This document shows, one piece after another, positions 19,049 to 31,696 of a stretch of 64,000 bases of DNA. Positions within the stretch are counted from its first letter, which is position 1; every line of letters begins with the position of its first letter. The stretch is from an uncultured Acidimicrobiales bacterium (GTDB lineage: Bacteria; Actinomycetota; Acidimicrobiia; Acidimicrobiales; CAWCAL01), in NCBI GenBank assembly GCA_963793475.1, contig CAWCAL010000006.1, positions 98,610-162,609 on the forward strand, read 5' to 3'. The notes beneath the pieces are model-generated. The model made no database searches. It was not told where the DNA came from and saw only the letters and a list, made by a program, of their open reading frames with translations. A program made the position numbers and the translations under genes.

Positions 19049-20114
19049 CTACTTGAGGAACGAAGGGACGTCGAAGTCGTCGTCGTCCTCGAGGTCGTCA
19101 TCGTCATCATCATCGCCGAAGACCGACGGGATGTCGTCCACCGGCATCGGACGCTCGCCGTCCCACTGGTCGAAGCCGGCGGCGATGACGGTCACCTTCA
19201 GATCGTCGCCCATCTCGTCGTCGATCACGGTGCCGAAGATGATGTTGGCGTCGGGGTGGGCGACCTCGTGGATGATCTCGGCCGCTTCATTGACCTCGAA
19301 CAGACCCATGTCGCTGGCCCCGCCGATCGAGAGCAGGATCCCGCGAGCCCCGTCGATGGAGGCCTCGAGCAGCGGGCTCGCGATGGCGGCCCGGGCCGCG
19401 TTCTGCGCCCGACCTTCGCCCGAGGCGGTCCCGATGCCCATCAGGGCCGATCCGGCGTCGGTCATCACCATGCGCACGTCGGCGAAGTCGGTGTTGATCA
19501 AGCCCGGGGTGGTGATGAGATCCGTGATGCCGGAGACCCCGTGGAGCAGGATGTCGTCCGCCATCCGGAACGCGTTGAGCATGGTGGTCTTCTCGTCGGC
19601 GATGTTGATCAGGCGGTCGTTGGGGATGACGATCTGCGTGTCGACCTTCTCCTTCAACCGGCTGATGCCCTGGTCCGCCTGGACCGAGCGACGTCGCCCC
19701 TCGAACGTGAAGGGCCGGGTCACGACCCCAATGGTGAGGGCGCCGAGGCCCTTGGCAACCTCGGCGACGACCGGCGCGCCGCCGGTGCCGGTCCCGCCTC
19801 CCTCGCCGGCGGTGATGAAGACCATGTCGGCGCCGGTGAGCACCTCTTCGATGTCCCCCCGATGGTCCTCGGCCGCCTGCCGGCCGATCTCCGGATCACT
19901 TCCGGCCCCGAGGCCGCGGGTCAGCTCGCGCCCGATGTCGAGCTTGATGTCGGCGTCGCTCATCAGCAGGGCTTGGGCGTCGGTGTTGATGGCGATGAAC
20001 TCGACCCCCTTCAGGCCGCCGTCGATCATGCGGTTGACGGCGTTGCACTCCACCACCGCCGATGCCGACGACCTTGATCACGGCGAGGTAGTTCTGTGGA
20101 TTCGAGGTAGCCAT
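19049..20114 (-). CDS. ftsZ: Cell division protein FtsZ (one extra base near 20048)
   Basis: [22 protein letters not shown], then CNAVNRMI, tubulin signature GGGTGTG, and C-terminal DFDVPSFLK. Confidence 0.99.
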
Positions 20115-20201
20115 GTGGGCAACTCCAGTTCTGACAGGCAGGAGCCGGTCACCGGGGTGGTGGCACGGCAGGGTGATCTCGTGACGGACGGGGGTTCGCG
20201 C

Positions 20202-20234
20202 CTCTCGACCTGACGGTCGACCACAGGTCGAGAG
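20202..20234. promoter_or_regulatory. Nested palindrome upstream of ftsZ (candidate regulator site)
   Basis: CTCTCGACCTG-acGGTCGACCa-CAGGTCGAGAG: perfect 11-bp arms around a palindromic core. Confidence 0.55.
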
Positions 20235-20268
20235 AGGTAGACCTACGGTTGACCTCGAACGTACGAGG

Positions 20269-21102
20269 CTATGGACAATCGGGATCCCGCGTCAACAAGG
20301 GACGATCGGGTACCTCGAGATCCACCGCCGTGGCGCAGCCGAGGTGATCCGCCTCGATCAGCGCGGCCAAGGAGCGATACGCGGCGTCGATGTCGGTGCC
20401 GGTCCCGACGTTGACCGTCAGCGACCCCCGGGGCCCCATCACGACGTCCACACCACGGTCGGTCACCGCGAGATGATCGAGGGCCGGCGCCATCGAGTCC
20501 GGAAACGCTCCCGCCGCGGCCAGCCCGGGCCCGAACGAGGGGCCGACCCGACTCCCCAACGAGCCGTCGGCCGTCCCGCCCACCAGCCGGGGCAGGTCGA
20601 CCGGTACCCCGTCGACCACGTCGATGATCACGCCGTCGCCGTCGACCAGTGACCACGAGGCGACGGACGCCGGGTCCGACCCTCGGGGCTGTCGGTTCAC
20701 CGCAGCGACGGCCACCCTCGACTCGACCTCGACCACCACGGTGCCCGGCCAGCGCCGGCTCACCTCGGCCGATCGCACCCATGCGATCTGCTCGACCCCG
20801 CGCCCGACGGCATCGGTGTCGAGGTCCACCATCGGATCGCCGAGCGCCACGCTGGCGGCGGCGGCGACCGCGTCGCGCTCCGCCGAGCCGGCGGGACCCT
20901 GCACCGCGATGACGTCCACGTCGAGCACCGGCGAGCGGGTCAGTGCCACCAGGGCCGCGACCACCACGGCGGCGACCAGGACGCCGGCGACGATGCGGCG
21001 GCGGTGCTGGGTCCGTTCGAGCGCCACCGAGCGTCGGCGCTGTGCGATCCGGGGATCGATCCGCGACCGTGTCGCCGTGGTACCGGTCACACCCGCTCCC
21101 AT
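20269..21102 (-). CDS. ftsQ: Cell division protein FtsQ/DivIB
   Basis: Basic N-terminus, one TM segment, POTRA motif WVRSAEVSRRWPGTVVVEVESR; located before ftsZ. Confidence 0.92.
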   Translation of the reverse strand: MGAGVTGTTATRSRIDPRIAQRRRSVALERTQHRRRIVAGVLVAAVVVAALVALTRSPVLDVDVIAVQGPAGSAERDAVAAAASVALGDPMVDLDTDAVGRGVEQIAWVRSAEVSRRWPGTVVVEVESRVAVAAVNRQPRGSDPASVASWSLVDGDGVIIDVVDGVPVDLPRLVGGTADGSLGSRVGPSFGPGLAAAGAFPDSMAPALDHLAVTDRGVDVVMGPRGSLTVNVGTGTDIDAAYRSLAALIEADHLGCATAVDLEVPDRPLLTRDPDCP

Positions 21103-22003
21103 TCGGGAAATCCGACCAGTCGGGTCTCGGGAGCGAGCGCCACCCCGGTGGCCTCGTGGACCACGGAGGCGACCCGCTCCATCAACCGGAAGACGTCGTC
21201 GGCCGATCCGCCCTCGTCGACCTGGATGAAGTTGGCGTGCTTCTCCGAGACGCGAGCCGTGCCGAGGCGGAGGCCCTTCGCTCCGGCGACGTCGATCAGT
21301 CGACCCGCGGAATCATCGGGCGGATTCTGGAAGACCGAGCCGGCATTGGCTCCGCCCGGCTGATGCTCCCGACGCCACCCGACGATCTCGGCGATCTCCT
21401 GCTGGGCCACCTCGGCGTCGCCGGGCCGCAGGTCGAACCATGCCTCGACGACCACCTGATGATCGGTCAGGGTCGGATGACCGGTAGCCCAAGGAGAGCT
21501 GGTCGGCCGAGACCCGTTGCCGGCGGGCGGTGGCCAGGTCCACCACTTCGACCTCGCGGAGCGCGGCGGCCATGTCGCTGCCGTGGCCGCCGGCGTTCAT
21601 CCGTACGCCGCCCCCCACCGACCCCGGAACGCCCACGGCCCATTCGAGGCCGGTGAGGCCGGCGCCGGCCGACTGGCGAGCGAGGACGGGAAGCGCGGCC
21701 ATCCCGCCGGCGCGGACGACCGTCCCGTCGATCGCGACCCGGGCGAAGGCATCACCCAACAGCAACGCGATCCCGTCGAATCCGGCATCGGCGACCAGCA
21801 GATTGGAGCCCTTGCCCAGCACCAGGACCGGGGCCGCTGGTCTCGGCGATGACCGTCGCGATCTCATCCAGCTGCTCGTCCGATGCGACGTCGATCACCG
21901 CCTCAGCGGATCCGCCGACCCGGTAGGTCGTCCGCGGTCCGAGCCGCCGGTCGGCCGACGCGAACCGGGCCAGCCGTTGCGCGGCGGTCCGGGCTGCGCT
22001 CAC
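21087..22003 (-). CDS. murB: UDP-N-acetylenolpyruvoylglucosamine reductase (two frameshifts)
   Basis: TTYRVGGSA, LGKGSNLLVAD, GVPGSVGGGVRMNAGGHG, NAGSVFQNP and SEKHANF spread over three ORFs. Confidence 0.95.
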
Positions 22004-23379
22004 GACCGCTCCCGGAGCCGTTCCTGGACCTCGTCGGGGATCGAGGTGAGATCGCCCGCCCCGAGGGTGAGGCAGAGGTCGCCTGGCTGCAGCTCGTCCA
22101 CCAGCCAGGTGAGGACGTCGTCGCGATGAGGGAGCCACACCGATCGGGGTGGGTGCGCTCCGCCCTGGATCGCGTCCAGCACCAGCCGACCGGAGACGCC
22201 GGGCCGAGGCACCTCGCCCGCAGCGTAGATCTCGGTGATCCCGACGAGGTCGGCCCGATCGAAGCGGTCGGTGAATTCGGCGCCGACTGCGGCCGTACGG
22301 CTGTAGCGGTGGGGCTGGAACACGCAGACGACGCGCTCCCAGTCACCATCGTGGGCCGCGTCGAGGGCGGCGGAGACCTCGGTCGGTAGATGGGCGTAGT
22401 CGTCGACGAACGTGACGCCGGCCGTCTCGCCACGCACCTCGAAGCGTCGGGCGACGCCCGCGAAGCGTGCGATGGCCTTCCGGACGGCGTCGGGATCGGC
22501 ACCCAGCTCGATCGCCGTCACGGCGGCGGCGACGGCGTTGCGCGCGTTGTGGGCGCCCGGAACGGCGAGCGTGAACGTTCCCAGGGGGCCGGATGGGCCC
22601 CCGAGGGCCCATCGACTTCCGTCCCGGTCACTCCGAAGGTCGGTCATCCGGTACGTCGCTCCGTCGCCGGTGCCGTAGGTGATCGCGCCGGTGGCGGCCG
22701 CGAGGTCGGCTGCGTGCGCGTCGTCGGCGCACAGGATGCAGGGTCCGTCGGTCCTGTCCAGGAAGGCGGTGAACGCCGCCAGCAACTGGTCGAACCCGCC
22801 GTAGTGCTCCAGATGGTCGGGCTCGACGTTGGTGACGATGGCGGCGGCACGCGGGAGCTCGAGGAAGGTGCCGTCGCTCTCGTCGGCCTCGACGACGAAC
22901 CACTCCCCCGAGCCCCACGACGCCCCCGAGCCGATCTCGTTGACCTCGCCGCCGATGATGAAGGAGGGGGAGAACCCGGCGTCGATGAGCGCCAGCGCCA
23001 GCATGGAGCTGGTGGTGGTCTTCCCGTGGGTCCCCGCGACCGCGACGGTGCGGCGGGTGCGGGCGACGGCGGCCAGGACCTCGGCCCGCCGCAGGACCGG
23101 GATCCCCCGCCGCTGCGCCTCGACCACCTCGACGTTGTGGTCGGGAATGGCGGTGGAGATGGCGACCGCGTCGACCTCGCCCAGGTTGTCGGCGGCGTGG
23201 TCGATGTGGATCTCGACGTCCATGGCGCGCAACCGATCCAGACCCGGACCGTCACGCAGGTCACTTCCGGACACCGTATGGCCCATCTGGGCCAGCACCG
23301 TGGCGATCGCATTCATCCCCGCACCGCCGATGCCGACCACATGGAGCCGCTGCGGGGTGCGGAGGTCGAGCTCAGGCAC
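22000..23379 (-). CDS. murC: UDP-N-acetylmuramate--L-alanine ligase
   Basis: HVVGIGGAGM, AGTHGKTTTSSM, EADESDGTF, DDYAHLPTE, FQPHRYSRT. Confidence 0.98.
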   Translation of the reverse strand: MPELDLRTPQRLHVVGIGGAGMNAIATVLAQMGHTVSGSDLRDGPGLDRLRAMDVEIHIDHAADNLGEVDAVAISTAIPDHNVEVVEAQRRGIPVLRRAEVLAAVARTRRTVAVAGTHGKTTTSSMLALALIDAGFSPSFIIGGEVNEIGSGASWGSGEWFVVEADESDGTFLELPRAAAIVTNVEPDHLEHYGGFDQLLAAFTAFLDRTDGPCILCADDAHAADLAAATGAITYGTGDGATYRMTDLRSDRDGSRWALGGPSGPLGTFTLAVPGAHNARNAVAAAVTAIELGADPDAVRKAIARFAGVARRFEVRGETAGVTFVDDYAHLPTEVSAALDAAHDGDWERVVCVFQPHRYSRTAAVGAEFTDRFDRADLVGITEIYAAGEVPRPGVSGRLVLDAIQGGAHPPRSVWLPHRDDVLTWLVDELQPGDLCLTLGAGDLTSIPDEVQERLRERS

Positions 23380-24489
23380 GAGCGTGCTCCTCGACGAGGT
23401 CGGCCACCAGCGCCGCAGCGTCGCGGCGACCGAGGCGCACGGCCGCCCGACTCATGGAGGCCAGCTGGGCATGGTCGTGGAGCAGCCCGGTGGCGAGCTC
23501 GGTGAAGCGTTCCGCCGACACCTGGTCGTCGGGAAGCAGTACGGCCGCCCCGGCGTCGGCCATGACCCTGGCGTTGGCGGTCTGATGGTCGCCCGGAGCC
23601 CCGGGAAGGGGAACCAGGACCGACGGGACGCCGAGCGCGGCGAAGTCGGCCACGGAGGTGGCGCCGGCCCGACTCAGCACCAGATCCGCGCCTTCCAGGA
23701 CCGTTGGCATGTCCCGCTCGAATTCCACCATCTGATACTGGAGTCCGCCGGGCTCGAGATCGGGGACCCTCGAGCGGAGCGTGGGGTGATCCCGGGACCC
23801 GACCACGTGCCGGATCGCCAGATCGCCACGATCGGCGAGTGCGTCGAGCGAGCCGAGCACCGCCTCGTTGAGCTTGAGGGCCCCGAGCGAGCCGCCGTAC
23901 ACGACCACCACCTGCCGGTCCGGCTCGATACCGAGCCGCTGCTCGGCGGCATCGCGGCCCCGCGCCCGGTCGACCTCGAGCATCTCGGGCCGGACCGGGT
24001 TCCCGGTGACGACCTCGCGGGGCAGTCCGGTATCGGGGAAGCTGACCGCCGATGCCCGTGCGAATCGAGCCGTGATCCGATTGGCCAGGCCGGGCACGGC
24101 GTTCTGCTCGGCGACGACGATGGGGATGCGCAGCAGGAAGGCCGCGACCGAGCAGGGCACGCTGGCGTAGCCGCCCATCGCCACGACCACGCGCGGCCGG
24201 ACGCGACGCAACAGCGAGAACGCCGCCATCACCGCTCGGGCGATGCCGAGGAGCGCGCCGACGTTCTCCAGGGTCAGCCGGCGCTGAATCCCACGGCCGG
24301 GGAGCAGGACGACCTCGAATCCGGCTTCGGGAACCATCTCACGCTCCACGCCGCGCTCGCTGCCGACGAACAGCACGGCGTCCTTGCCCCGGTCGCGGGC
24401 CGCGAGCTCGGCCCCGATCGCCATGCCCGGAACGGTGTGGCCTGCGGTGCCGCCGCCCGCGATGACGGCGTAGACCTCGGACGCCGCGG

Positions 24490-24493
<4 letters not shown>
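23372..24493 (-). CDS. murG: Undecaprenyl-PP-MurNAc-pentapeptide GlcNAc transferase
   Basis: AGGGTAGH, GGYASVP, EQNAVPGLAN, TGNPVR, GGSLGA, RAGATS, DHQTANA; ATG 24493 overlaps the ftsW stop. Confidence 0.97.
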
Positions 24494-25669
<1,176 letters not shown>

Positions 25670-25673
<4 letters not shown>

Positions 25674-26980
25674 GCCTCGCCTCCCGTCACCAGCCGCACC
25701 TCGCGGGCGAAGTCGTCGCCTCGCTCACCGTACGAGCGGTACCAGTCGAAGGACGCGCAGGCCGGCGACAGGAGCACCGCGTCGCCGGGGCGGGCCAGCT
25801 CGGCCGCCGCGATCACGGCGTCGTGCATGGTGGAGGCGACCGTGATGTCGACCGAACCGGCGAACACCTGCTCGATCTCGCCGGCCGCGTCGCCGATCGC
25901 GACGACGGCACGAACGGCCCGATGGACCAGCGGGCCGAGATCCACCCCTTTGTTGCGCCCCCCGGCGATGAGGACGACCGAGTCGAAGCCGTCGAGGGCC
26001 GCCACGGTCGCGTGGGGCGTGGTGGCCTTCGAATCGTCGTACCAGCGCACGCCGCCATCCTCGCCGACGTAGGCCACGCGGTGGGGTAACCCCTCGAAGG
26101 TCGACAGCACCGACGTCACCGCGTCGCTCGAGACCCCGAGTGCGTCGGCGCAGGCCAGCACCGCAAGCGCGTTGGCGATGTCGTGAGGCAGGCGCCGCGG
26201 CAGGTCGGCCACCGGCATCACCGGGCCGCCGGGACCGGCCAGCTGGCCGGAACGGACCGCCCACTCACCCGACTCGAGGCCGAACGTGACCCGGCGTGCA
26301 GCCGCGGTGTCCGCTCCGGCGACGGCGGGATCGTCGAGATTCACCACCGCGACGCTGGTGGCGTCGAGGTCGCGGAAGATGCGCTCCTTGGCCGCGCGGT
26401 AGGAATCGACCGATCGGTGGAGATCGAGATGGTCCGGCGCGAAGTTGAGCCACACGGCGACCGCCGGCGCGAATCGGGCCGTTCGGGCCAACTGGAAGGA
26501 CGACGCCTCGACCACGAAGACCTCGACCGAAGGGTCGGCGATGGCCGTGACCAGGGGGAGATCGGTGTTGCCGGCGGCCACGGCGTGGGATCCGTCGGCC
26601 TCCAGACATTCGGTCAGCATCGTGGTGACCGTCGTCTTCCCGTTGGTGCCGGTGACCGCTGCGACGGGGCGATCGTCCCAGGCCCGGGCCAGATCGAGCT
26701 CACTGCGGATCGGCGTGGCCCGCCGGTCGGCGGCCTCGAAGAGCGGGTGGCTCTCGGGGAGTCCCGGGCTGGGCACGACGCGGTCGGCTTCGTCCACGAG
26801 CCGAGCCCACTCGACCGCATCCGGGGACTCGTGCACCGCGACACCGCGTCGAGCGAGCGCGGCCACCGCGTCGGCGGCAGGAGCGTCGTCGGCGGCCACG
26901 ACCCGCTCACCGTGGTCGAGCAGCGCCGTGGCCACCGCTCGACCCTGTACGCCGACGCCGGCGACGAGGGTGGTGGTCAC
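25670..26980 (-). CDS. murD: UDP-MurNAc-L-Ala--D-glutamate ligase
   Basis: VPSPG, VTGTNGKTTVT, EASSFQL, DHLDLH, DDSKATT, LLSPACASFD. Confidence 0.97.
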
Positions 26981-28008
26981 GGCAGGATCTCCACGACCGT
27001 GAAATCGCGGTAGAAGATCCCCAGTCCGAGGGCGACGGCGAACCCGGCGAACATCCAGAACCGGATGATCACCCAGGTGTCCGGCCACCCCTTGAGCTCG
27101 AAGTGGTGATGAATCGGCGCCATGCGGAACACGCGCTTGCCGGTCAGCTTGAAGAAGCCGACCTGGATGATGACCGAACTGGCCTCGGCGACGTAGATGG
27201 CGCCGACGATGACGAGGAGGAGCTGCACGTTCAGCCCGAGCGCCAGGGCGGCCAGCGCGGTGCCGATGGCGAGCGAGCCCGTGTCGCCCATGATGATCTG
27301 GGCCGGGGCGGCGTTCCACCACAGATAACCGGCGCAGGCACCCAACATGGCAGCGGCGACGATGGCCAGGTCCAGGGCATGGTTGGTCTGGTAGATCTCG
27401 GGATGACGGAAGGACCAGAAGCCGACCACCAGGAACGCCATGAAGGCGAACACACCCGAGCCCGCGGCGAGGCCGTCGAGCCCGTCGGTGAGGTTGACCG
27501 AGTTGGACGTGGCGTAGATGAGCAGCACCGCCCAGAGCACCCAGCCGACGTCACCCAGTTCCCAGCCCGGATGATCGAATCGGGTGAACGAGACCATCGT
27601 GTGGACATCGGTCAGGTTGACCATCGCCAGCGAGAAGCCGATCGCCACGGCGAGCAGACCGAAGGTCTTGGCCCGCTTGTTGAGGCCCAGGTTGCGCTCC
27701 CGCGACACCTTCAGCCAATCGTCGAGCAGACCGACCAACCCCGCCCCGACGATCGCCAGCATGACGATGATCCCGCTCCGGGTGTAGATCCCGCCGAACA
27801 GGTCGCTGACCACGTACCCCATCACCGCACCGCCGACGATGGCCAACCCTCCCATGGTGGGGATACCGGCCTTGGTGATGTGGCCCTCGGGCACGTCCTC
27901 GTGGATCGGCTGGCCGATCGCGGCACGACGCAACAGCACGATCAGCAGACGCGTGCCGAGCAGCGCGGTGACCAAAGCCAGTGCGGCGGCGATGAGCAGG
28001 CGTGTCAC
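26977..28008 (-). CDS. mraY: Phospho-N-acetylmuramoyl-pentapeptide transferase
   Basis: KAGIPTMGG, GLLDDWLK, NSVNLTDGLDGL, IMGDTGSL, MAPIHHHFE. Confidence 0.98.
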   Translation of the reverse strand: MTRLLIAAALALVTALLGTRLLIVLLRRAAIGQPIHEDVPEGHITKAGIPTMGGLAIVGGAVMGYVVSDLFGGIYTRSGIIVMLAIVGAGLVGLLDDWLKVSRERNLGLNKRAKTFGLLAVAIGFSLAMVNLTDVHTMVSFTRFDHPGWELGDVGWVLWAVLLIYATSNSVNLTDGLDGLAAGSGVFAFMAFLVVGFWSFRHPEIYQTNHALDLAIVAAAMLGACAGYLWWNAAPAQIIMGDTGSLAIGTALAALALGLNVQLLLVIVGAIYVAEASSVIIQVGFFKLTGKRVFRMAPIHHHFELKGWPDTWVIIRFWMFAGFAVALGLGIFYRDFTVVEILP

Positions 28009-29436
28009 CGGTCGGTGTCCTCGTCCGCTCTGGTGTCCATGGCGCGCCCGGCCTCGATCCGGTCGTCGAACTCGAGGACCCGGTCACCGATGATCTGGGT
28101 GGTCTCGTGGCCCTTGCCGGCGATGAGGACGAGATCGTCCTGCCGGGCGCGACCGATGGCCTCGCCGATGGCCTCGGCCCGGTCGGGGACCACCACGACG
28201 CCCTCGGGTGACGAAACTCCGCGCTTCACGTCCTCGATGATCGCAGCTGGTGACTCCGATCTCGGGTTATCGCTCGTGAGGATGACCAGGTCCGCCAACT
28301 CGGTCGCGACCCGACCCATGATGGGACGTTTCGCAGCATCTCGGTCCCCACCGCATCCGAAGACGACGATGACGTCCCCGGCCGTACGTTCCCGAGCGGC
28401 GCGCAGGACCGCCTCCAGGGCGTCGGGGGTGTGGGCGTAGTCGACGACCACGGAGAGCGGCCCGGAGTGGTCGACCGCGCTCGAATCGCCCCGGGATGGC
28501 TGCGGTGGCGGCGATCCCGTCGGCCGCAGTGCCGGCTTCCACCCCGAGCGAGGTCAACACGGCGGCGGCCACGAGCGCGTTGGAGGCGTTGTGGGCGCCG
28601 GCCAGCGGAACCCGGAACTCGGTGTCGCTCCATCTGAACGTGCTGCCCCACGGCTGATGAGTGAGGCCCTCGACCGCTTCCAACCCCACCGCGAGCGTTG
28701 GGATCTCGACCGTGTCCCGCAGGAGTCGGCCGTGCGGGTCGTCGGTGTTGATCACGGCCCGATCGCTGAGCTGCGGTTCGAAGAGTCGGGCCTTGGCCCG
28801 GAAGTAGGCCTCGGTCGTCCCGTGGAAGTCGAGGTGGTCCTGACCCAGGTTCGTGAAGGCGGCGACGTCGAATCGGGTGCCATCCACCCGGCGCAGCTCG
28901 AGCGCATGGGAGGAGACCTCCATCACCACTGCGTCGAACCCCTCCTCCACCCGGCTCCGGAGCTGCTGCTGCAGTTCCGGGCCTTCCGGGGTCGTGCGAG
29001 CCCCGGTCAGCGTGCCGATCAGGGCGCAGCGCCGGCCGGCCTCCTCCAGGCCGCGCTTCACCATCTCGGAGACCGTCGTCTTCCCGTTCGTTCCGGTGAT
29101 CCCGACCATCGTCAGGTCGCCCGACGGGTGGTTCATCACCGCCGCGGCGGCCGGGCCCATCGCGGCCCGCACGTCGGGCACGACGATCTGGGGCATCTCT
29201 GTTTGGAGGCGGCGTTGCACGAGCAGGGCCCGCGCCCCGGAGCGAGCGGCCGCAGGAGCGAACTCGTGGCCGTCGAAGTGGTCACCGACGACGCACGCGA
29301 AGAGATCTCCCGGCGCCACCGCCCGACTGTCGTGAGCGACGCCCGCAACGGCGAGCGCCCCAGATGCCGAGCCGGGTTCGAGCCTCGCATCGATCGACTC
29401 CGATCGAAGGGAGTCGACGAGCCGGTCCAGTTGCAT
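28005..29436 (-). CDS. murE: UDP-MurNAc-L-Ala-D-Glu--diaminopimelate ligase (frameshift near 28480)
   Basis: HDSR, ITGTNGKTT, MEVSSHAL, FTNLGQDHLDFH, VDYAHTPDAL, FGCGGDRD, TSDNPR (DAP-type motif), AGKGHE. Confidence 0.97.
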
Positions 29437-31271
29437 CAGCGATCGAGCACGCTGATGTCGTTCCCCTCGGTCGCGCCGACACCCTCGCTGGGCTCGGGAA
29501 CGTCGACGGCGGCGAACCCGACGTCGGCCGGGGCGATGCCCAGGTGCCGGAGGGAGAACTGGGCCAGCTCGGCGAACACGGGCGCGGCCGTCTCGCTGGC
29601 GTAGATCGAGGTCTCGGGCTCGTCGAGCACCACGATGGCCGAGAGCTGTGGGTCGTCGGCCGGAACGAAGCCGGCGAACGTGGACACGTAGTCGAAGCCA
29701 CCGTCCTCGTTGGCGTACCCGCCGGTGGCCTGGGGCTTGCGTGCCGTTCCCGTCTTGCCGGCGACGGTGTAGCCGTCGACCGCCGCCGCCGTACCGGTCC
29801 CCGAGTCGACGACGTTGGCCAGCATCGCCCGGAGCTGGGTGGCGGTTTCGGCCGAGACGACCTGGGTTCCCTCGACCGGGTCGAGCGTCGTGATCACACC
29901 GTCCTCGTCGGTCACGCCGGACACGAGCCGGGGCGGCTGGGCCACGCCGTCGTTGGCGATGGTGTTGTAGACGTCGAGCATCTGCATCGCCGTCACGGCC
30001 ACACCCTGCCCGATCGGGATGGCACCGATGGAGGTACCGGACCAGTGCTCCCGGTCCAGCATGATGCCGGCCGACTCGCTCGGGAAGTCCAGCGCAGTCC
30101 GCTCACCGAAGCCGAACCGTCGCAGGTACTGGTCGAGTCGGTCGGCCCCGACATCGCGGGCCAGCAGGATGGTGCCCACGTTGGACGAGTTCGTCACGAT
30201 GTCGTTGACGGTCCACGACTCGGTCGCGTGCGGGTCGTGGTCCGAGAAGGTGTAGTCGTAGACGGTCAGCTGGTCGGGAACCGACAGCATCGAGGCCGGC
30301 TCGACGAGCCCCTCCTCGAGCGCTGCCGCGACCGTGATGACCTTGTTCACCGATCCGGGCTCGAAGACGGTCGTCAGTGCGAGGTTGTTGCCGGACGTGC
30401 CGACCTCCCCACTCTCGGTCCGACCGATGTTGGCGATGGCCAGGATGTCGCCGGTGTGCGGATCGGCGATGACCGCCATACCTCCGCGGGCCCCGGTGTC
30501 CTCGACCGCCCGAGCCAGGACGCGTTCGGCCTCGAACTGGAGTGACCGGTCGAGGGTCAGCATGAGACCCGAGCTGGCCAGTGCCGCCCGCTCGGAACTG
30601 GCCCCGGTCGGGATGCGACGCCCCGAACGATCGCTCTCGAGGGTCTCCTCGCCCGCCAGACCGGACAGCGCAGCGTCGTACTGGAGCTCCAGTCCCGACA
30701 GCCCGACATTGTCGGTCCCGACGAATCCGACCACGGAACGCGCCAACCCGTCTGCCGGCCAGGTGCGCATCGGCTCGTCCTCGAATGCGACGCCGGGAAT
30801 CTCGAGCGACGCGACCGCCTCGGCGACGTTCTCGTCGATCTTCCGAGCCAGGTAGACGAAGCTCCGGTCGGCGTCGGAGAGGTCGGCGGTGAGTTCGGCG
30901 ACCGGCACGCCGAGCAGCGGCGCCAGCCGGCGAGCCGCCTCGGCCGGCTCGGCGATGAGCTTGGGGTTGGCCGTGACCGAGGACCGCACCACACTCAGCG
31001 CGAGCTCGTTGCCGTCCCGATCGAGGATCGGACCCCGATCGACGGACAGCTCCCGGGTGGTGCTGCGCTGGTCGAACCCGAACTCGACATAGCGTTCCGA
31101 GGCCATCACCTGGACCTGGACGAGGCGATACCCGACCACACCGAACACGACGACGATCACGGCCAGCACGGCGACGATGCGCCGGGCGGTGACGGAACGC
31201 TGCACGGCGACGGTCGGACGGGGCCGCGCGGCGCGGGGCCGGTTGAGGAAGGTGACGGTTCCGGCGCTCAC
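29436..31271 (-). CDS. ftsI: Class B penicillin-binding protein FtsI/PBP3
   Basis: RGPILDRDG, GLSGLE, FEPGSVNK (SxxK), SSNVG (SxN), GKTGTA (KTG); GTG 31271 overlaps the ftsL stop. Confidence 0.95.
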   Translation of the reverse strand: MSAGTVTFLNRPRAARPRPTVAVQRSVTARRIVAVLAVIVVVFGVVGYRLVQVQVMASERYVEFGFDQRSTTRELSVDRGPILDRDGNELALSVVRSSVTANPKLIAEPAEAARRLAPLLGVPVAELTADLSDADRSFVYLARKIDENVAEAVASLEIPGVAFEDEPMRTWPADGLARSVVGFVGTDNVGLSGLELQYDAALSGLAGEETLESDRSGRRIPTGASSERAALASSGLMLTLDRSLQFEAERVLARAVEDTGARGGMAVIADPHTGDILAIANIGRTESGEVGTSGNNLALTTVFEPGSVNKVITVAAALEEGLVEPASMLSVPDQLTVYDYTFSDHDPHATESWTVNDIVTNSSNVGTILLARDVGADRLDQYLRRFGFGERTALDFPSESAGIMLDREHWSGTSIGAIPIGQGVAVTAMQMLDVYNTIANDGVAQPPRLVSGVTDEDGVITTLDPVEGTQVVSAETATQLRAMLANVVDSGTGTAAAVDGYTVAGKTGTARKPQATGGYANEDGGFDYVSTFAGFVPADDPQLSAIVVLDEPETSIYASETAAPVFAELAQFSLRHLGIAPADVGFAAVDVPEPSEGVGATEGNDISVLDR

Positions 31272-31696
31272 GACGACGGCGCTCCCGGATCGGTCGTCAG
31301 TTCGCCCAGGCTGCCGGGGTCGAGCTCGGTGTGGGGATCGATCTCGAGGAGCCACTGGACCTGCTCGGGTCGGACCATGCCGAGTCGACCCTCCGCTTCC
31401 CGTTCGACCCGTTCGGGCGCCTCGAGGGCCGCCACCTCGGCACTCAGCTCACGGTTCCGTTCGGCCGCGACGTCGAGCCGGGCATCCATCTCGACGATCC
31501 GGTCCTCGCCCTGAGCCAGCATGGTGTGGGCGATGGCCAGTCCGAAGAGCGCGGCCACCACGAAGACGACCCCCACGCCGGCGAAGGTTCCCGCCAGCGC
31601 CGACAGGGTCTGCACCCCGTCCTCACGAACGACACCGAGGTGACGCCGGTCGGGACGGGAGCGACCGGTCGAGCGGGTCCGGGCGACGGCGGTCAT
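31268..31696 (-). CDS. ftsL: FtsL-like cell division protein
   Basis: TM segment, coiled coil and LEAPERVEREAEGRLGMVRP; lies between rsmH and ftsI. Confidence 0.85.
   Translation of the reverse strand: MTAVARTRSTGRSRPDRRHLGVVREDGVQTLSALAGTFAGVGVVFVVAALFGLAIAHTMLAQGEDRIVEMDARLDVAAERNRELSAEVAALEAPERVEREAEGRLGMVRPEQVQWLLEIDPHTELDPGSLGELTTDPGAPSS

Noticed and set aside
19049-21102. Absence of ftsA between ftsQ and ftsZ
   Set aside because: This is normal for Actinobacteria, where SepF anchors FtsZ.
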